From a virus: DNA of 64,000 bases. Location: positions 32,899-96,898 of IMG/VR virus record IMGVR_UViG_3300025875_000005; one strand, 5' to 3'. The position numbers and the translations under genes are program-made. This document shows, in pieces, positions 9,501 to 19,111 of this stretch; positions within the stretch are counted from its first letter, which is position 1; each line of letters starts with the position of its first letter. A model generated the notes under the pieces. The model did no database searches, was not told the DNA's origin, and was given only the letters and a program-made list of their open reading frames with translations.

Positions 9501-10331
9501 ATCAATATTCAGACCTACCTCTTCCACGTCATTCGTGTAGAGGTAGGTGTTTCCAGCGCTGATTTCGTAGTCCAGACCATCAATGGAAGAGAGATCCATC
9601 TCTCCGATACGCATCTCGGAAACCTGAAGGTCTCCGTATCCAAGGTCGTAGAGGCAGCGAATGAACTGGTTTGACCCGCTCGATTCGGAGTAGAAGTTAG
9701 CTGCCAGGGTGGGAAAGAGGACGAAATCCCCAATCACGCAAGGAATGGAGCCGTAGAGGTTTGCTCGATTGCCGCCACCCGTGACCGCATAGATGCGAGC
9801 CATCTCCCCAGGCATACCGTCCCCATTGCCCTTGGGCATGGTCGGCTTGATGAAGGCCTTGATGGCGAGGTTACCGACCACGCTGATGGCGGTACCTGCC
9901 AGGGCTCCCAGGATGGGGTACCCAGCTGCTGCAAGACCACCTGACGCTACAGTCGCTGCAACCATCACGACAATCGTGAGGATGAGCGTCATGTTCTTGG
10001 CTGCCCGCTCACTCTTGCCGGGGTAGCCTGACACCTCAATGGTCGTACCGGCCTTGGGGCGGACGTAGGCCCACATATTGGCTGGAACCGTGACCCCATT
10101 CACCCGCACGTCAATGCGGAGGGGGTCCAAGTCTCCAAGGATCTCGGAGAGGGTCCCACCTTCTGAGATTGCGGAGGAGAAGATGGTGTCAGGCTTGAGG
10201 ACGTGGGGCCTGCCCCGGAGGAAGATGGCCTTGTCAGGGATGACAACCTCTGCACTCAGTTGCAGAGATTCAGAGGAGGGATCTGTGTCGATAGATGCCC
10301 TCGACTCTTCGTTTCCATTTCGGTCGGTCAT
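6528..10331 (-). CDS. Tail tip / central fibre protein (TipJ-like) with an internal spike/LamG-like insertion
   Basis: YGSIPCVIG, STNPAWI, QHFTPRNSWDF, LRVRFINPDANWQQDE and RGDLVKVAHD motifs; follows the NlpC/P60 gene. Confidence 0.8.
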   Translation of the reverse strand: MTDRNGNEESRASIDTDPSSESLQLSAEVVIPDKAIFLRGRPHVLKPDTIFSSAISEGGTLSEILGDLDPLRIDVRVNGVTVPANMWAYVRPKAGTTIEVSGYPGKSERAAKNMTLILTIVVMVAATVASGGLAAAGYPILGALAGTAISVVGNLAIKAFIKPTMPKGNGDGMPGEMARIYAVTGGGNRANLYGSIPCVIGDFVLFPTLAANFYSESSGSNQFIRCLYDLGYGDLQVSEMRIGEMDLSSIDGLDYEISAGNTYLYTNDVEEVGLNIDITPTQNPAQPDNALVRILTTTIITTAIDTSGLALEFSWPSGLFALTSDNKMIETGNILEIHYRRVGDSAWLNPRLEMTAYANLTGDVTVQWTSFNQMNTISKNRGARRSAINWNFPTPGIYEVRVINRGGIFNVDSLQGARVDDLILVSARYFKRSKPSLTSTTKFAMKVRASEQVNGSLGQFSCRLKQIIPVWNGTTFIRQASTNPAWILYWLLTECPANARLLEPNRIDFDAILNWANFCTAKGFGYSTVVDGETTLAQLIADICAAGRATFAVKDGLYSVVQDKPQTVPVQHFTPRNSWDFGGSRGFADTIHGLRVRFINPDANWQQDEMLVADDGYTVATATKLETLELRGVTHPHAAWRLARYHMANARLRQNEYVWKTDMEHLVCQRGDLVKVAHDVPRWGSGYGRITHDTTSATPPVLKVDEEIDILSLAPKNARIRRSNGTSTVVPIQSKNFISRSGGTFSRNAYAYYRDTHGQLKLAAPHEPRYDYSMDGRFLGLLMEPSATNFVRWSNPIDTAWSAQDVDMLDLTLDAPDHMKTGTLVAPDPIAMGSFQCVNELTGVGTGNKTLSFYLKNRKGRYFNAEISTGSSYFATVIDMYAQTITSKVTGNGMTFLDGAFEEAGLGWYRIRISFNTETAPTLMAIGMQQGPNFASGSGNWQGEFPETFTTDFSFGLWGVQLENGQFMTSLINTTIAHVTRPTDLFSFSETASGQDFSEGTILVDWVPAGFAAEKPVLTLSSPTEDWSLELKVTDDGVNGYALSGRSATDCKPNLGALQLYKPYKAAIGFGATTMALAINGVVSGSATYQRAAWGDLTIGGSKFSNRNFSGWIKGVYYYPEQASLAELKNLSQEVEPIPDQYTWSLSAPIDTEINDLVMFGEAGQESVSLIITKIAPGSDMTATITAVDAAPAVHDADSGPIPPFVSEITGKIWETPPEPPMLVIGLRTEVPDEVDDGGTSSPRIPITFQERTRIIADRKTGRDMMP

Positions 10332-10677
10332 AGCTCTCGATACAGCTTCCGGGGTTTGGTACACAATGGAGCATATACCCGGGGGCCACAACCATTCCAC
10401 AGTGCATGGGCTTCCCGGCAATGGCGATGATGATGAGGTCTCCTGCCTGTGGAGAAGCTGTGGATAACCACGTGCCAGGGAGGCCCCCCTTGATTGCCTG
10501 GGGGACGCTCACTGTATCGTCCGTATCCGAGTAGTTGGACCCGAAGTCCGGGGTATCGATTCCATAGTGCTGCTTGAGGATGAACCTGACCAAGCCCCAG
10601 CAATCTAGCCCCTCAAGATCCCGACCATGGTCCTTGAAGGGTAGGCCTACGTAACTCGCTACCCAGTCAGGAATCAT
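10270..10677 (-). CDS. NlpC/P60 tail-tip protein (lambda gpK-like)
   Basis: YVGLPF..GRD..GLDCWGLV and HCGM catalytic motifs. Confidence 0.85.
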   Translation of the reverse strand: MIPDWVASYVGLPFKDHGRDLEGLDCWGLVRFILKQHYGIDTPDFGSNYSDTDDTVSVPQAIKGGLPGTWLSTASPQAGDLIIIAIAGKPMHCGMVVAPGYMLHCVPNPGSCIESYDRPKWKRRVEGIYRHRSLL

Positions 10678-11156
10678 GCTTTGAAGAGCCCGGGTGAGTT
10701 GGCAGGGGTGTACTTACCCTTGGGGAAGACCATGTTGAGGATGTCATCCTCGAAGCCCAACGTCGCCTGCACTGACTGGGCGTTATACATGGCGCTCAGC
10801 ATGTAGAACTCGAAGGGCCCTGCCTCCACCGTGTTGGGGGAAGAGGCAAGGACCACATCCATCACGATCTTCACCCGTCCTGTGAGGTTCCGGATGGCAT
10901 CCGTGATGCTCCTGTCCACGTTGTCCACAGTGAGGTTGACCTGTGGAACCACGTCAGGAGCGTCCTCTGGAAGGCTTAGCTCGAAGAAGCTGGCCTTGAA
11001 GGTCCCCTCATGGCGTTCCACATCCCGGTTGTTCTGAACGACCAGGAGGGGCTCGTCAAAGGAGGGGTGCTCAAGGCGCAAGCACATGAGGAAAATCTCC
11101 TCAGTCTCTTGCGCAAACATTGCCCTGAACGCTGGAATCGAGAGGTTGCGACTCAT
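10674..11156 (-). CDS. Minor tail protein (DUF1833-like)
   Basis: FELSLP..LTVDNV..VLASSPNTVEAGP..FPxxxYTPxNSPGLF pattern; lies between Dit and NlpC. Confidence 0.75.
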   Translation of the reverse strand: MSRNLSIPAFRAMFAQETEEIFLMCLRLEHPSFDEPLLVVQNNRDVERHEGTFKASFFELSLPEDAPDVVPQVNLTVDNVDRSITDAIRNLTGRVKIVMDVVLASSPNTVEAGPFEFYMLSAMYNAQSVQATLGFEDDILNMVFPKGKYTPANSPGLFKA

Positions 11157-14100
11157 GCGGTCTCCAATTCAACGGTCACTGCCCACCATCCGTTGCCCTC
11201 ATAGCCCGCCAGATAGGTCATCTGGGGAGGGCCAGCGAACCGGTACTTGCACGGCAGACCCGTGCGAAGGTCAATCCACCGGAAGGGCATCACTTCCTGG
11301 ATGATATTCCAGTAGAAATGCTGGAAGATGTCCAGTTGGTCCTGCTTCAACTCCAGCTGGAAGGAGAGCTTCTCGTAGCGACCCGTGAAGCGCCGCCGCA
11401 CCTTGCCAGGGCCCGTCTCCGTGGAAGACCGGATGGAGTTGTCAGCGGGGGCGTAGACCGGCTTGGAAGCCGCGTAGGGGGCAGGGAGTCCCGTAGGCCA
11501 GAAGGCGTACTGGATTTGGTAGAGCGGAGCCGTGGGGACAGTCGGGTCCGGGGGGTCAACCGGATCTTCAGGGTCAACAGGAGGCTCATCCGGAGGATCA
11601 ACCGGGTCACCACCACCTCCACCAGGAGTAACCGTGAAGACTCGGGGGTCGCTGTTGTAGACGTTGAAGTTGGAGTGAAAGACCGTCTGCTCAACGTTGA
11701 TATCCTGGGAGCGGTAGAAACCGAGCTTCCAGTACGCGATCCCATCCGTGTCCAGGTTGTTGTGGAAGCGCTTGGGAACGACGTTGACCCCGTTGACCCA
11801 AAGCTCCACGAAGCCCACTGCCATGTTCTGCGACCACTTGATGTGAAGGAGGTAGTGGTCCCAGAAACCAGGGCGGATGGTCTTGGTCCAGAACTTCGCC
11901 TGGGAGGGGTCAGCCGTCTTATCGTAGACCCCGTTCATCACAGAGAAGGCGATGGTGGAGCCGTTGACGATGAAGGAAATCATCGGCCCGCCATTCCCGA
12001 GGTCCAGCGTCTGGTGAGCTTGGCTGAAGACGTGCCACTTGCTGTGGGTCTGGTAGTCGGGAGCGAACTTCGTAGCCCAGCTAATCCAAACCTCGTCTCC
12101 CTCGTAGAACCACCCCTGACCCGTGCTGCCACCCAGAGCGCCACTGCTCTTCGCTACGACTTCAGCGCGCGTGCCTCCAGAGTGAAGATCGAATTGCTTG
12201 GGGCTCGCCTTGAGGCCTCGGGTTGCCTGAGCGTTGTAAAACTCGTTCTTCACCAGGACAAGACGGTCGTTCACTCCATCCGGGAGAATCTGGATGTTGG
12301 TATCCGCGATCCCGTCACCATTGGCATCCACCCGAAGTTGGTCACCGAACTGGGCGTTCCACTGGGAGAAGTCCAGGGAGGAGAAGTCACCCTTCCAGCG
12401 GAGCTTCCCCGTGTGCTCAGCGGGGTAGACGATTCGGGTCTGCACATCCCGGCTGTCAGCCTTGGGGGTGACGCTGGTGATGCCGTTCACACCCGTGGGG
12501 GTGATGACGCAATTCCAGCTGTTCGCGTCCGGAAGGGCAGCCCGGAGGACGTTCGCCAGGGCAACCGTGTTAGCTCCATCCACGATGGAGCCCGCCCCCA
12601 CTCCAGGCAGGGTCTGGGATGCTCCCGTGGGATTGGTCGCCACAATCGTGACAGTGCTGGGAGTGAGGTTCTTGGTGGGGAGTCCGCCCGTCTCAGAGGT
12701 CCCGAACATCCAGATAAAGGGACCCTGATTGACCATCATTGCCTTGGGGTACACGTCAGTGATTCGCGTGTCCGGGACAAGGAGGTAGCCCACGCCTACT
12801 GCATCCGTTGCGGGGGTATTGACTTGGACGTACCCACCACCGAGGTCAACCACTGAGCACTGGGCTGTGACGTTCGTGCCCGCCGAGTCTCTGGCGTACC
12901 GGTACTCACTGGAGAAGGCGAGCTTGCCCACGTAGGGAGAACCATCCGCCTTGGTAAAGCGGACCACCTTGCTACCCGTGGGAAGGGTGGCAGGGGGTTC
13001 AATCTCCGTCCCAGTCTCGCGAGGGTCGGAGTTATAGACGTTGAACCCTGCGTGGAAGACCGTCTGATTCACGTTGACGGACTGGTCACGGTAGAAGCCC
13101 AACTTCCAGTAACAAGCCACATCCAGCATGGTCCGGCTCATCCGGAGGGGGACGACTTCCACCCCATTGACGATCAGATGAACGAAGCCAACTGCCGCGT
13201 TGTTGCTCCACTTGATGTGAAGGAGGAAATGGTTCCAGAAGCCCGGACGAATGGTCGTAGTCCAGAAACGAGCTTCCGAGCTTGAATTGATGCTGTCGTA
13301 GTAGTCCGGCATGACCACGAAACAGACCTTGTTCGTGTCATTGATGGTGAAGGCAATCGGAGGGCTGCCAGTGCCACCAATCTGGTGTGCCTGGGAGAAG
13401 ACGTGCCACTTAGAACTAAGCTCGAAGTCCGGTGAGAACTTGGTAGCCCAGCTGACCCAAACTTCATCTCCCTCGTAGAAGTAGGTGTCTCCCGGGGCGT
13501 TATCCGGGTTGACCTTCTTGGCCGTCAACTCAGCGCGCGTGCCTCCGGAATGCACGTCCCCATACTTGGGATGGGCAAGGAGACCGTAGGGGGTCTGGTA
13601 GCTGTAGGTCTCGTGCTTGACCAGGAGAAGACGGTCATCGATGTTGTCCGGGAGGATGCTGGTGTCGGCACTACCATTGCCGAACTGCTTGCGTCCCCAC
13701 TGGCTGAAGTCCTTGGTCCTGAAATCTCCTGACCAGGAGAGTTTCGTCTCAGCTGCCGGGGGGTAGATGATGCGTGCCCGAACATCCCGACTATCCGACT
13801 TGGGGAAGAGCTTGTTCGTCCCTACGGGCGTGACCTTCCATGCCCAGCTACTCCGGGTCGGAAGGGTAGCCCTTACCACCGTGAAGAGGTTGGTGGCAGA
13901 GGAGGAAGCCCCGTTCTTGATGCTGCCTGCCGGGGTAACGACAAAGGTGTTCTCTGCTCCCCCGAGGTCATTGCCCGTGATGGTGAGCATTGAGGGGGTG
14001 ATGGAAACGTTAGGGAGCCCGTTGTCGTTGGTGGAGCCGTAGATCCAGGAGAAGGGCCCGAAGCTCACCATCAATGCTTTGGGGGTGATGTCACTGATGC

Positions 14101-14944
14101 CCGTGGAAGGCATGACCAGCACGCCCACGCCTGTGTACTCGTTCCAGGGGGCTGTCACCTCAACGTAGCCACCACCGAGGTCCGTGAGGACGCACTCAGC
14201 AAGAACGTCCTGACCCTCAGTATTCGTGGAGCCGTCAGTGTTCTTCGTGAGGATGCTGTTGCGGGCGTACTTGTAGGAACTCGTGAAGGTGATGGCCCCG
14301 GTATAGGGGTTGCCATCTGCCTTCGTGAACCGGACGATCTTGCTGGCGTACTGGGGCTTCGTAGCCGGGAGGAACTCCAGATGGTCCGGGAGAGCTACCG
14401 GAGGGAGAGCCGCAACCAGATTATGGGTGCCTCCCCGGGGATAGACCTGATTCGTACCCGTGGAGGTAACGGTATAGGTCCAGCTGGTGTTGTCGGGAAG
14501 GGCTGCCCGGAGAACCGAGAAGAGCACGGTACCAGCTGCATCCACGATGGAGCCACCACCCACGGCAGTGAGCGAGGGGTTGGCTCCCGTGGTGTTGTTT
14601 GTGGCCGAAATCATGGCCGCGCTGGGCCCGATGCTCACGTTGGGGAGGGCGTTGGCCTCCGTAGACCCGTACATCCAGAAGGCAGGGCCATCAGAGACGA
14701 ACTGGGCCCGGGGCTTGATGTCCGTGTTGGAGGTATCCGGAACCACCAAGTAGCCCACTCCCACGGTGTCCGTGGAAGGGACCGTCACCTCAACGTTGCC
14801 CCCGCCCTTATCTACGGCAGAGCATTGGGTGATGACGTTGTTCCCGTTGCTGTCTCGACCATAGCGGTAACTGGTCGAAAAGGTGATGGCCCCCGTGTAA
14901 GGCGAGCCATCCAGCTTCGTGAACGTGATTGTCTTTTTACCCAC
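11153..14944 (-). CDS. Distal tail protein (C-terminal ~120 aa) carrying three repeat domains and two polysaccharide-lyase-like domains
   Basis: C-terminal WPTGLP..NSIRSSTETGPGKVRRRFT is Dit-like. Two copies of WxGDF..DFSQW..RAE..WHVFSQAH..YWKLGFYR. Directly after the tape measure gene. Confidence 0.7.
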   Translation of the reverse strand: MGKKTITFTKLDGSPYTGAITFSTSYRYGRDSNGNNVITQCSAVDKGGGNVEVTVPSTDTVGVGYLVVPDTSNTDIKPRAQFVSDGPAFWMYGSTEANALPNVSIGPSAAMISATNNTTGANPSLTAVGGGSIVDAAGTVLFSVLRAALPDNTSWTYTVTSTGTNQVYPRGGTHNLVAALPPVALPDHLEFLPATKPQYASKIVRFTKADGNPYTGAITFTSSYKYARNSILTKNTDGSTNTEGQDVLAECVLTDLGGGYVEVTAPWNEYTGVGVLVMPSTGISDITPKALMVSFGPFSWIYGSTNDNGLPNVSITPSMLTITGNDLGGAENTFVVTPAGSIKNGASSSATNLFTVVRATLPTRSSWAWKVTPVGTNKLFPKSDSRDVRARIIYPPAAETKLSWSGDFRTKDFSQWGRKQFGNGSADTSILPDNIDDRLLLVKHETYSYQTPYGLLAHPKYGDVHSGGTRAELTAKKVNPDNAPGDTYFYEGDEVWVSWATKFSPDFELSSKWHVFSQAHQIGGTGSPPIAFTINDTNKVCFVVMPDYYDSINSSSEARFWTTTIRPGFWNHFLLHIKWSNNAAVGFVHLIVNGVEVVPLRMSRTMLDVACYWKLGFYRDQSVNVNQTVFHAGFNVYNSDPRETGTEIEPPATLPTGSKVVRFTKADGSPYVGKLAFSSEYRYARDSAGTNVTAQCSVVDLGGGYVQVNTPATDAVGVGYLLVPDTRITDVYPKAMMVNQGPFIWMFGTSETGGLPTKNLTPSTVTIVATNPTGASQTLPGVGAGSIVDGANTVALANVLRAALPDANSWNCVITPTGVNGITSVTPKADSRDVQTRIVYPAEHTGKLRWKGDFSSLDFSQWNAQFGDQLRVDANGDGIADTNIQILPDGVNDRLVLVKNEFYNAQATRGLKASPKQFDLHSGGTRAEVVAKSSGALGGSTGQGWFYEGDEVWISWATKFAPDYQTHSKWHVFSQAHQTLDLGNGGPMISFIVNGSTIAFSVMNGVYDKTADPSQAKFWTKTIRPGFWDHYLLHIKWSQNMAVGFVELWVNGVNVVPKRFHNNLDTDGIAYWKLGFYRSQDINVEQTVFHSNFNVYNSDPRVFTVTPGGGGGDPVDPPDEPPVDPEDPVDPPDPTVPTAPLYQIQYAFWPTGLPAPYAASKPVYAPADNSIRSSTETGPGKVRRRFTGRYEKLSFQLELKQDQLDIFQHFYWNIIQEVMPFRWIDLRTGLPCKYRFAGPPQMTYLAGYEGNGWWAVTVELETA

Positions 14945-14993
14945 GGGGTACCCTCACCTGATTTCTGCAACTGGTTGCACTCGGAGCCTACCA

Positions 14994-17900
14994 TTAACCT
15001 CGGTTGGAGCCCTTACGAGAGACGCCGAAAGTCTGGGAAACGGCCTGTCCAACGGCTCCTCCCTTGCGGATGTCTCCGGCGACCCGACCGATGATGATGT
15101 CGATGATCTCCGTACCGTCAGAACCCTTGCGACGTTCCTGGGTAGCTTCCTGCCCAGAATTGTTGATGACGTTCACCTGAGTACCGCCACCACTCGCGTC
15201 AACCATACCACCGCTTGCGAAGTTGCGGCGACCTGCACGAGGGGCCTGTCGAAGCCCATTGATGTTGTCGAAGAAGCCCTTGCCGTACCGGTCCACTGCC
15301 GCTGCCCGGATGACGTACTCACCATTGGAGAGGCGAGCGGCAATGCTGTCCGAGGTAGCGGTACCGGGGCCAGAAACATGGCCACCGCTAGCATACCCAT
15401 TGGGGTTGATCCGGTTGTTAGGAACGTACTTCCCACTGATGTGGGGGGACTTGTTGATATTGGGTCCCGAATTCATCAAGTACCCCATACCCGCGCTGGC
15501 CAGCATACCGATAAGCTCAATCAGCTTGGCCGCTGCCAATTCAGCCGCCATCTTCTGAACCATCTCAGCAAACGAAGCCCCAATCTGCTTGAACTTCGCC
15601 ATGAGGGGGCTGAAGGCCTTAGTCATCTCATCCACGCGCTTCTTGTACTCCTCCGTACCCTTCTCAAGGCCTGCTGCCTTCACCTGCTTGAGGAACTCCG
15701 CATCTCCAGACTGGAGACCCTTGAGGGAGAGAACTGCCTCCAGGGTACGACGCTCTTCCTCCAACTTGCGTTCAATGTCTTCCCGATTCTTCTCCACCAA
15801 TTCAGCGGTAGAGCCGCTGTCCATGATCTTTGAGAGACCCTCACCCGCGAAGGTCTGGATGTTTCGCTGGGCCTGGATGGCGAACTGAGAGAGGGCAGAC
15901 TCTGACTGCTTGGTCTCACGGGCGAGCTTCTTGTGCTTCTCCGTGATCTCGTCCAGGAAGCGCTGGTACTCCATGCTGCTGAGGCCTTTACCCGTCTCCT
16001 TGGCCTTCTTCTGAAGCTCTTCCAGCTGCTTCACCTCAGCCGCAAAGGCCTTGGCAAGGGGGTCCGTCCGGGTGTCCCGAGCCTCACCCATGAACTCGTT
16101 GATGTCATCGCGAGCTTCCTTCTGCTTCTTCTTAACCTCCTCTTCCTTGGCCTTCTTCTTTGCCGCTGCTAGCTTGATAGTCGCTTCAATAGCCTCATCA
16201 ATGCGCTGATTGACGATAGCAATGGCCTCAGCCTCACCCTTGGCGAGACGCTGGCCTTCCTGCACCCGGGCATTCACCTCAGAGCGCTTCTGTTCAAGGG
16301 TCGCCAGGGCTGCATTCAATTCCCGGACTTCATCAGGGACACCCTCAGCTTCTGCGTTCTTGTCCGTAATGCTGCCTTCAAGGCCCTCAGCATCTTTCTG
16401 GAGCTTGGCAAGGCGAGCCGCGTCCTCAGCCCGACGCTTCTCAGCGGCAGCCCGGACCTTTGCAGCGGCTTCCTTCTTCTTCATAAGCTCTTCGTGGAGC
16501 TTTTCAGAAGCAATACGGGCGTCATATCGCTCGGTAAGGTCCGCGACGAGTTTGGATTCCTTTGCAATGGAGGCAGCCAAGCCCTTAGTGATGCCCTCGA
16601 TTTGAACCTTGTTCCGGATGTAGAGGTCATCCTGCTCATTCAGACCCGTCATCTGGTCTTTGAGCTTGAGAATGTCGTCAGCCGCCCTCTGCCTCAGGAC
16701 AGTGATGGCATTCTCAGCCTTGATCTGAGCTTCTCTGACCTGCAACTGACGCTCTTCCACCAGTTCATCGATGTCCGTTTTGTTGCCCGTGACCTTGCGG
16801 TTCGATTTTTCAATCTTGGCAAGGGCAGCTGTCTGCTCATTGAGCTTGGTGTAAGTCTCACCCGTCTTGCCCATGGTCTCCAGCTGTTGACGGTCAAGGT
16901 CCAGAATCTGCTGCTTCTGGTTTGCCTCAATCTTGGTCTGCTGAACGCGATCCAGGGCAATCTTGAGACGCTTCTCTTCAGCCACGATCTCCCGAGTTAC
17001 ATCGCTAAGCTCAATGTTGGAGTCAATTCCAATGGGCCGACCATCCTTGAGGATGTCAGCACGCTTTGCTCGAAGCTCAGCCAACCGCTTGGAAGCGTCT
17101 GCGTACTCCTTCTCCACAGCATCCGTCTGTGACTTGGCGCTACTGATTGCGCCTTCAATATCGGCACCCTGAGCCGCCTTGAGCTTCTCCAGGGCCTCCG
17201 TGAGGGATTCAGTCTTGTCCTCAAGCTCAGTCGTGGCTGTGGCAAGGTAGTAGATCCCTGCCCCTGCCGCGAGGAAGACCGCTGGCCATCCGCCAATCAG
17301 GGCGAAGAGACCCTTGCCCACCTTGGAGAGAAGCCCGCCTGCCGTAGCCGCAAGGCTGACACCCTTGCTCATGGCGGTAGAGGCCACTGCTGCCTCAGCA
17401 CTGGCAGCTGCCACAGCCTGGGAGGAAGCCGTAGCAGCCAAGTTGGCCGCCGCACCCTCACGGACTGCGATGTTCAGGGCCTTCTGGGCTGCAAGGCGCT
17501 CAATCTCGATTGCAGCAAGACGCTCTTCAGCCTTGGTAAGCCCAACCGTGGAGGTCATGAGGCCACGACGTGCCTGGAGACCCCGGACTTCCTCTGCTGC
17601 CATCTTCTGCTTCTCAAGCACCAGTGTGAGGCTTGCTGCTGCCTCTTGACGAGTCACAGCCAGAGAAGCGGCCTTCACTTCAGCCTCAGCTGCTGCTGCC
17701 TTGGCTGAATTCAGGGTGGCCTCGGTGAGGGCAACCTTGGCCGTGCGTGCTTCCAGCGTAACCCCAAGCTCAGCCCCCAGCCCCGCCACAGCCTTGGCGG
17801 TAGCCTCGTAGGCCTTGTTGGCAGCCATGCCGAACCCAACCAGGGCCGCCCCACCCAGACCGATGGTGGAGACGAATGGGGCGATGTCCTTGCCTGACTC

Positions 17901-19052
17901 TGCGATGGTGTTCAGAAGCTTTCCAAGCTCGCCAATGCCCTTGGCTGCTGCTTCTTCGAAGATGCCACCGGAGAGGGCGCTTTTGAGTCGGAAGAGAGAG
18001 GTCTCCAGCCGACCAATGCTTGCGTTGATACCCTCTGAGGCAGCCGCTACGTCCTCCTGCTTGAACGTTCCACGAAGGGCCCCAGCGATCTGAGGGGCAT
18101 ACTTCTTCACGTCAAGGAGACCCTTCTCCAGCTGCTCCTGGAAGTTGAAGGTCGGGTCATCCTTGTTGGCCGCCTTCACGAGGTCGCGGAAATTCTCGTA
18201 GGCACCCGGGATGGCTTGGTCAAGCTGGAGCTTCAAGTCCTGGGTACGAACCACGCCCGCACCCATGATTTGCTCAAGGGCGTACATCGCTCGGCCTGCC
18301 CTCTGGGTATCCAGATGGAAGACCGTGATGGCTTCAGACGCCGCACGGAAGATGTCATGGCTCTCGGTCGTGGTCAGGTTCGCCGTCTTGGCAGACACGG
18401 CAAAGCCCGCGTAGGCCTGAGCGGTCTGACCGAGAGAGACACCCAACCGGTCCGAGAGGCCTGCAACGAACTCAAGCTCCTTAGCCGCGCCTGCCTGGGA
18501 ACCGGCTGCTGCCTGGAGGGTGAAGTTGATTTGCTGGACCTGCTTCTGGGTATCAATGAGGTCCATCGTTGTGCTCTTCAGAGCACTGAAGGCAAGGAAG
18601 CCTCCCGCGAAGGTCTTCACCTGATTCATCGTTGCAGAGAGGGAGGCAAGCTGTGCCTCAAGCGCAGAGGTATCCGCCGCTGCCTTCACTGCCTCTTTGC
18701 CCACTGCCTGAAGGGCAGGAGCGGCCTTGGAAGCCGAGATCTCCGCCATGCTGATCTTGGCCTGCCCCGCGCTGGTCGCGAGCCTCTGGAGGCCAGCCAC
18801 AGCCCTTCCAGCGTCGTTCCCCATCTTGGAGAAGAGGTCACCCGGATTGACCTTCTGAAGGTCGTTGAGGGAGGTCTTAACTACGTTGACCTGCTGCCCC
18901 AGAGCATCAATTCCAGAGACTGCCCCCTTGGAGCTTGAGGTCAGATCTGCAAAGAGCTTGTCGAAATCCTTGCGGGCGTCGTTGATAGCGGCCTTGGCCT
19001 GCCCGTTCTCAACCGTCAGGCGAATCTTCACATCTGGATTTTTTCCGGACAT
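14994..19052 (-). CDS. Tape measure protein
   Basis: ~1350 aa, Ala-rich helical; C-terminal GGHVSGPGTATSDSIAARLSNGEYVIRA motif. Confidence 0.9.
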   Translation of the reverse strand: MSGKNPDVKIRLTVENGQAKAAINDARKDFDKLFADLTSSSKGAVSGIDALGQQVNVVKTSLNDLQKVNPGDLFSKMGNDAGRAVAGLQRLATSAGQAKISMAEISASKAAPALQAVGKEAVKAAADTSALEAQLASLSATMNQVKTFAGGFLAFSALKSTTMDLIDTQKQVQQINFTLQAAAGSQAGAAKELEFVAGLSDRLGVSLGQTAQAYAGFAVSAKTANLTTTESHDIFRAASEAITVFHLDTQRAGRAMYALEQIMGAGVVRTQDLKLQLDQAIPGAYENFRDLVKAANKDDPTFNFQEQLEKGLLDVKKYAPQIAGALRGTFKQEDVAAASEGINASIGRLETSLFRLKSALSGGIFEEAAAKGIGELGKLLNTIAESGKDIAPFVSTIGLGGAALVGFGMAANKAYEATAKAVAGLGAELGVTLEARTAKVALTEATLNSAKAAAAEAEVKAASLAVTRQEAAASLTLVLEKQKMAAEEVRGLQARRGLMTSTVGLTKAEERLAAIEIERLAAQKALNIAVREGAAANLAATASSQAVAAASAEAAVASTAMSKGVSLAATAGGLLSKVGKGLFALIGGWPAVFLAAGAGIYYLATATTELEDKTESLTEALEKLKAAQGADIEGAISSAKSQTDAVEKEYADASKRLAELRAKRADILKDGRPIGIDSNIELSDVTREIVAEEKRLKIALDRVQQTKIEANQKQQILDLDRQQLETMGKTGETYTKLNEQTAALAKIEKSNRKVTGNKTDIDELVEERQLQVREAQIKAENAITVLRQRAADDILKLKDQMTGLNEQDDLYIRNKVQIEGITKGLAASIAKESKLVADLTERYDARIASEKLHEELMKKKEAAAKVRAAAEKRRAEDAARLAKLQKDAEGLEGSITDKNAEAEGVPDEVRELNAALATLEQKRSEVNARVQEGQRLAKGEAEAIAIVNQRIDEAIEATIKLAAAKKKAKEEEVKKKQKEARDDINEFMGEARDTRTDPLAKAFAAEVKQLEELQKKAKETGKGLSSMEYQRFLDEITEKHKKLARETKQSESALSQFAIQAQRNIQTFAGEGLSKIMDSGSTAELVEKNREDIERKLEEERRTLEAVLSLKGLQSGDAEFLKQVKAAGLEKGTEEYKKRVDEMTKAFSPLMAKFKQIGASFAEMVQKMAAELAAAKLIELIGMLASAGMGYLMNSGPNINKSPHISGKYVPNNRINPNGYASGGHVSGPGTATSDSIAARLSNGEYVIRAAAVDRYGKGFFDNINGLRQAPRAGRRNFASGGMVDASGGGTQVNVINNSGQEATQERRKGSDGTEIIDIIIGRVAGDIRKGGAVGQAVSQTFGVSRKGSNRG

Positions 19053-19069
19053 AGCGCTCCCTTGACCGA

Positions 19070-19107
19070 AAAATAACACCCTTCCAGCCTATGTAGCTAG
19101 AAGGGTG
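19070..19107 (-). terminator. Putative intrinsic terminator after the chaperone gene
   Basis: Minus strand reads CACCCTTCTAGC-loop-GCTGGAAGGGTG-TTATTTTT. Confidence 0.5.
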
Positions 19108-19111
19108 CGGG

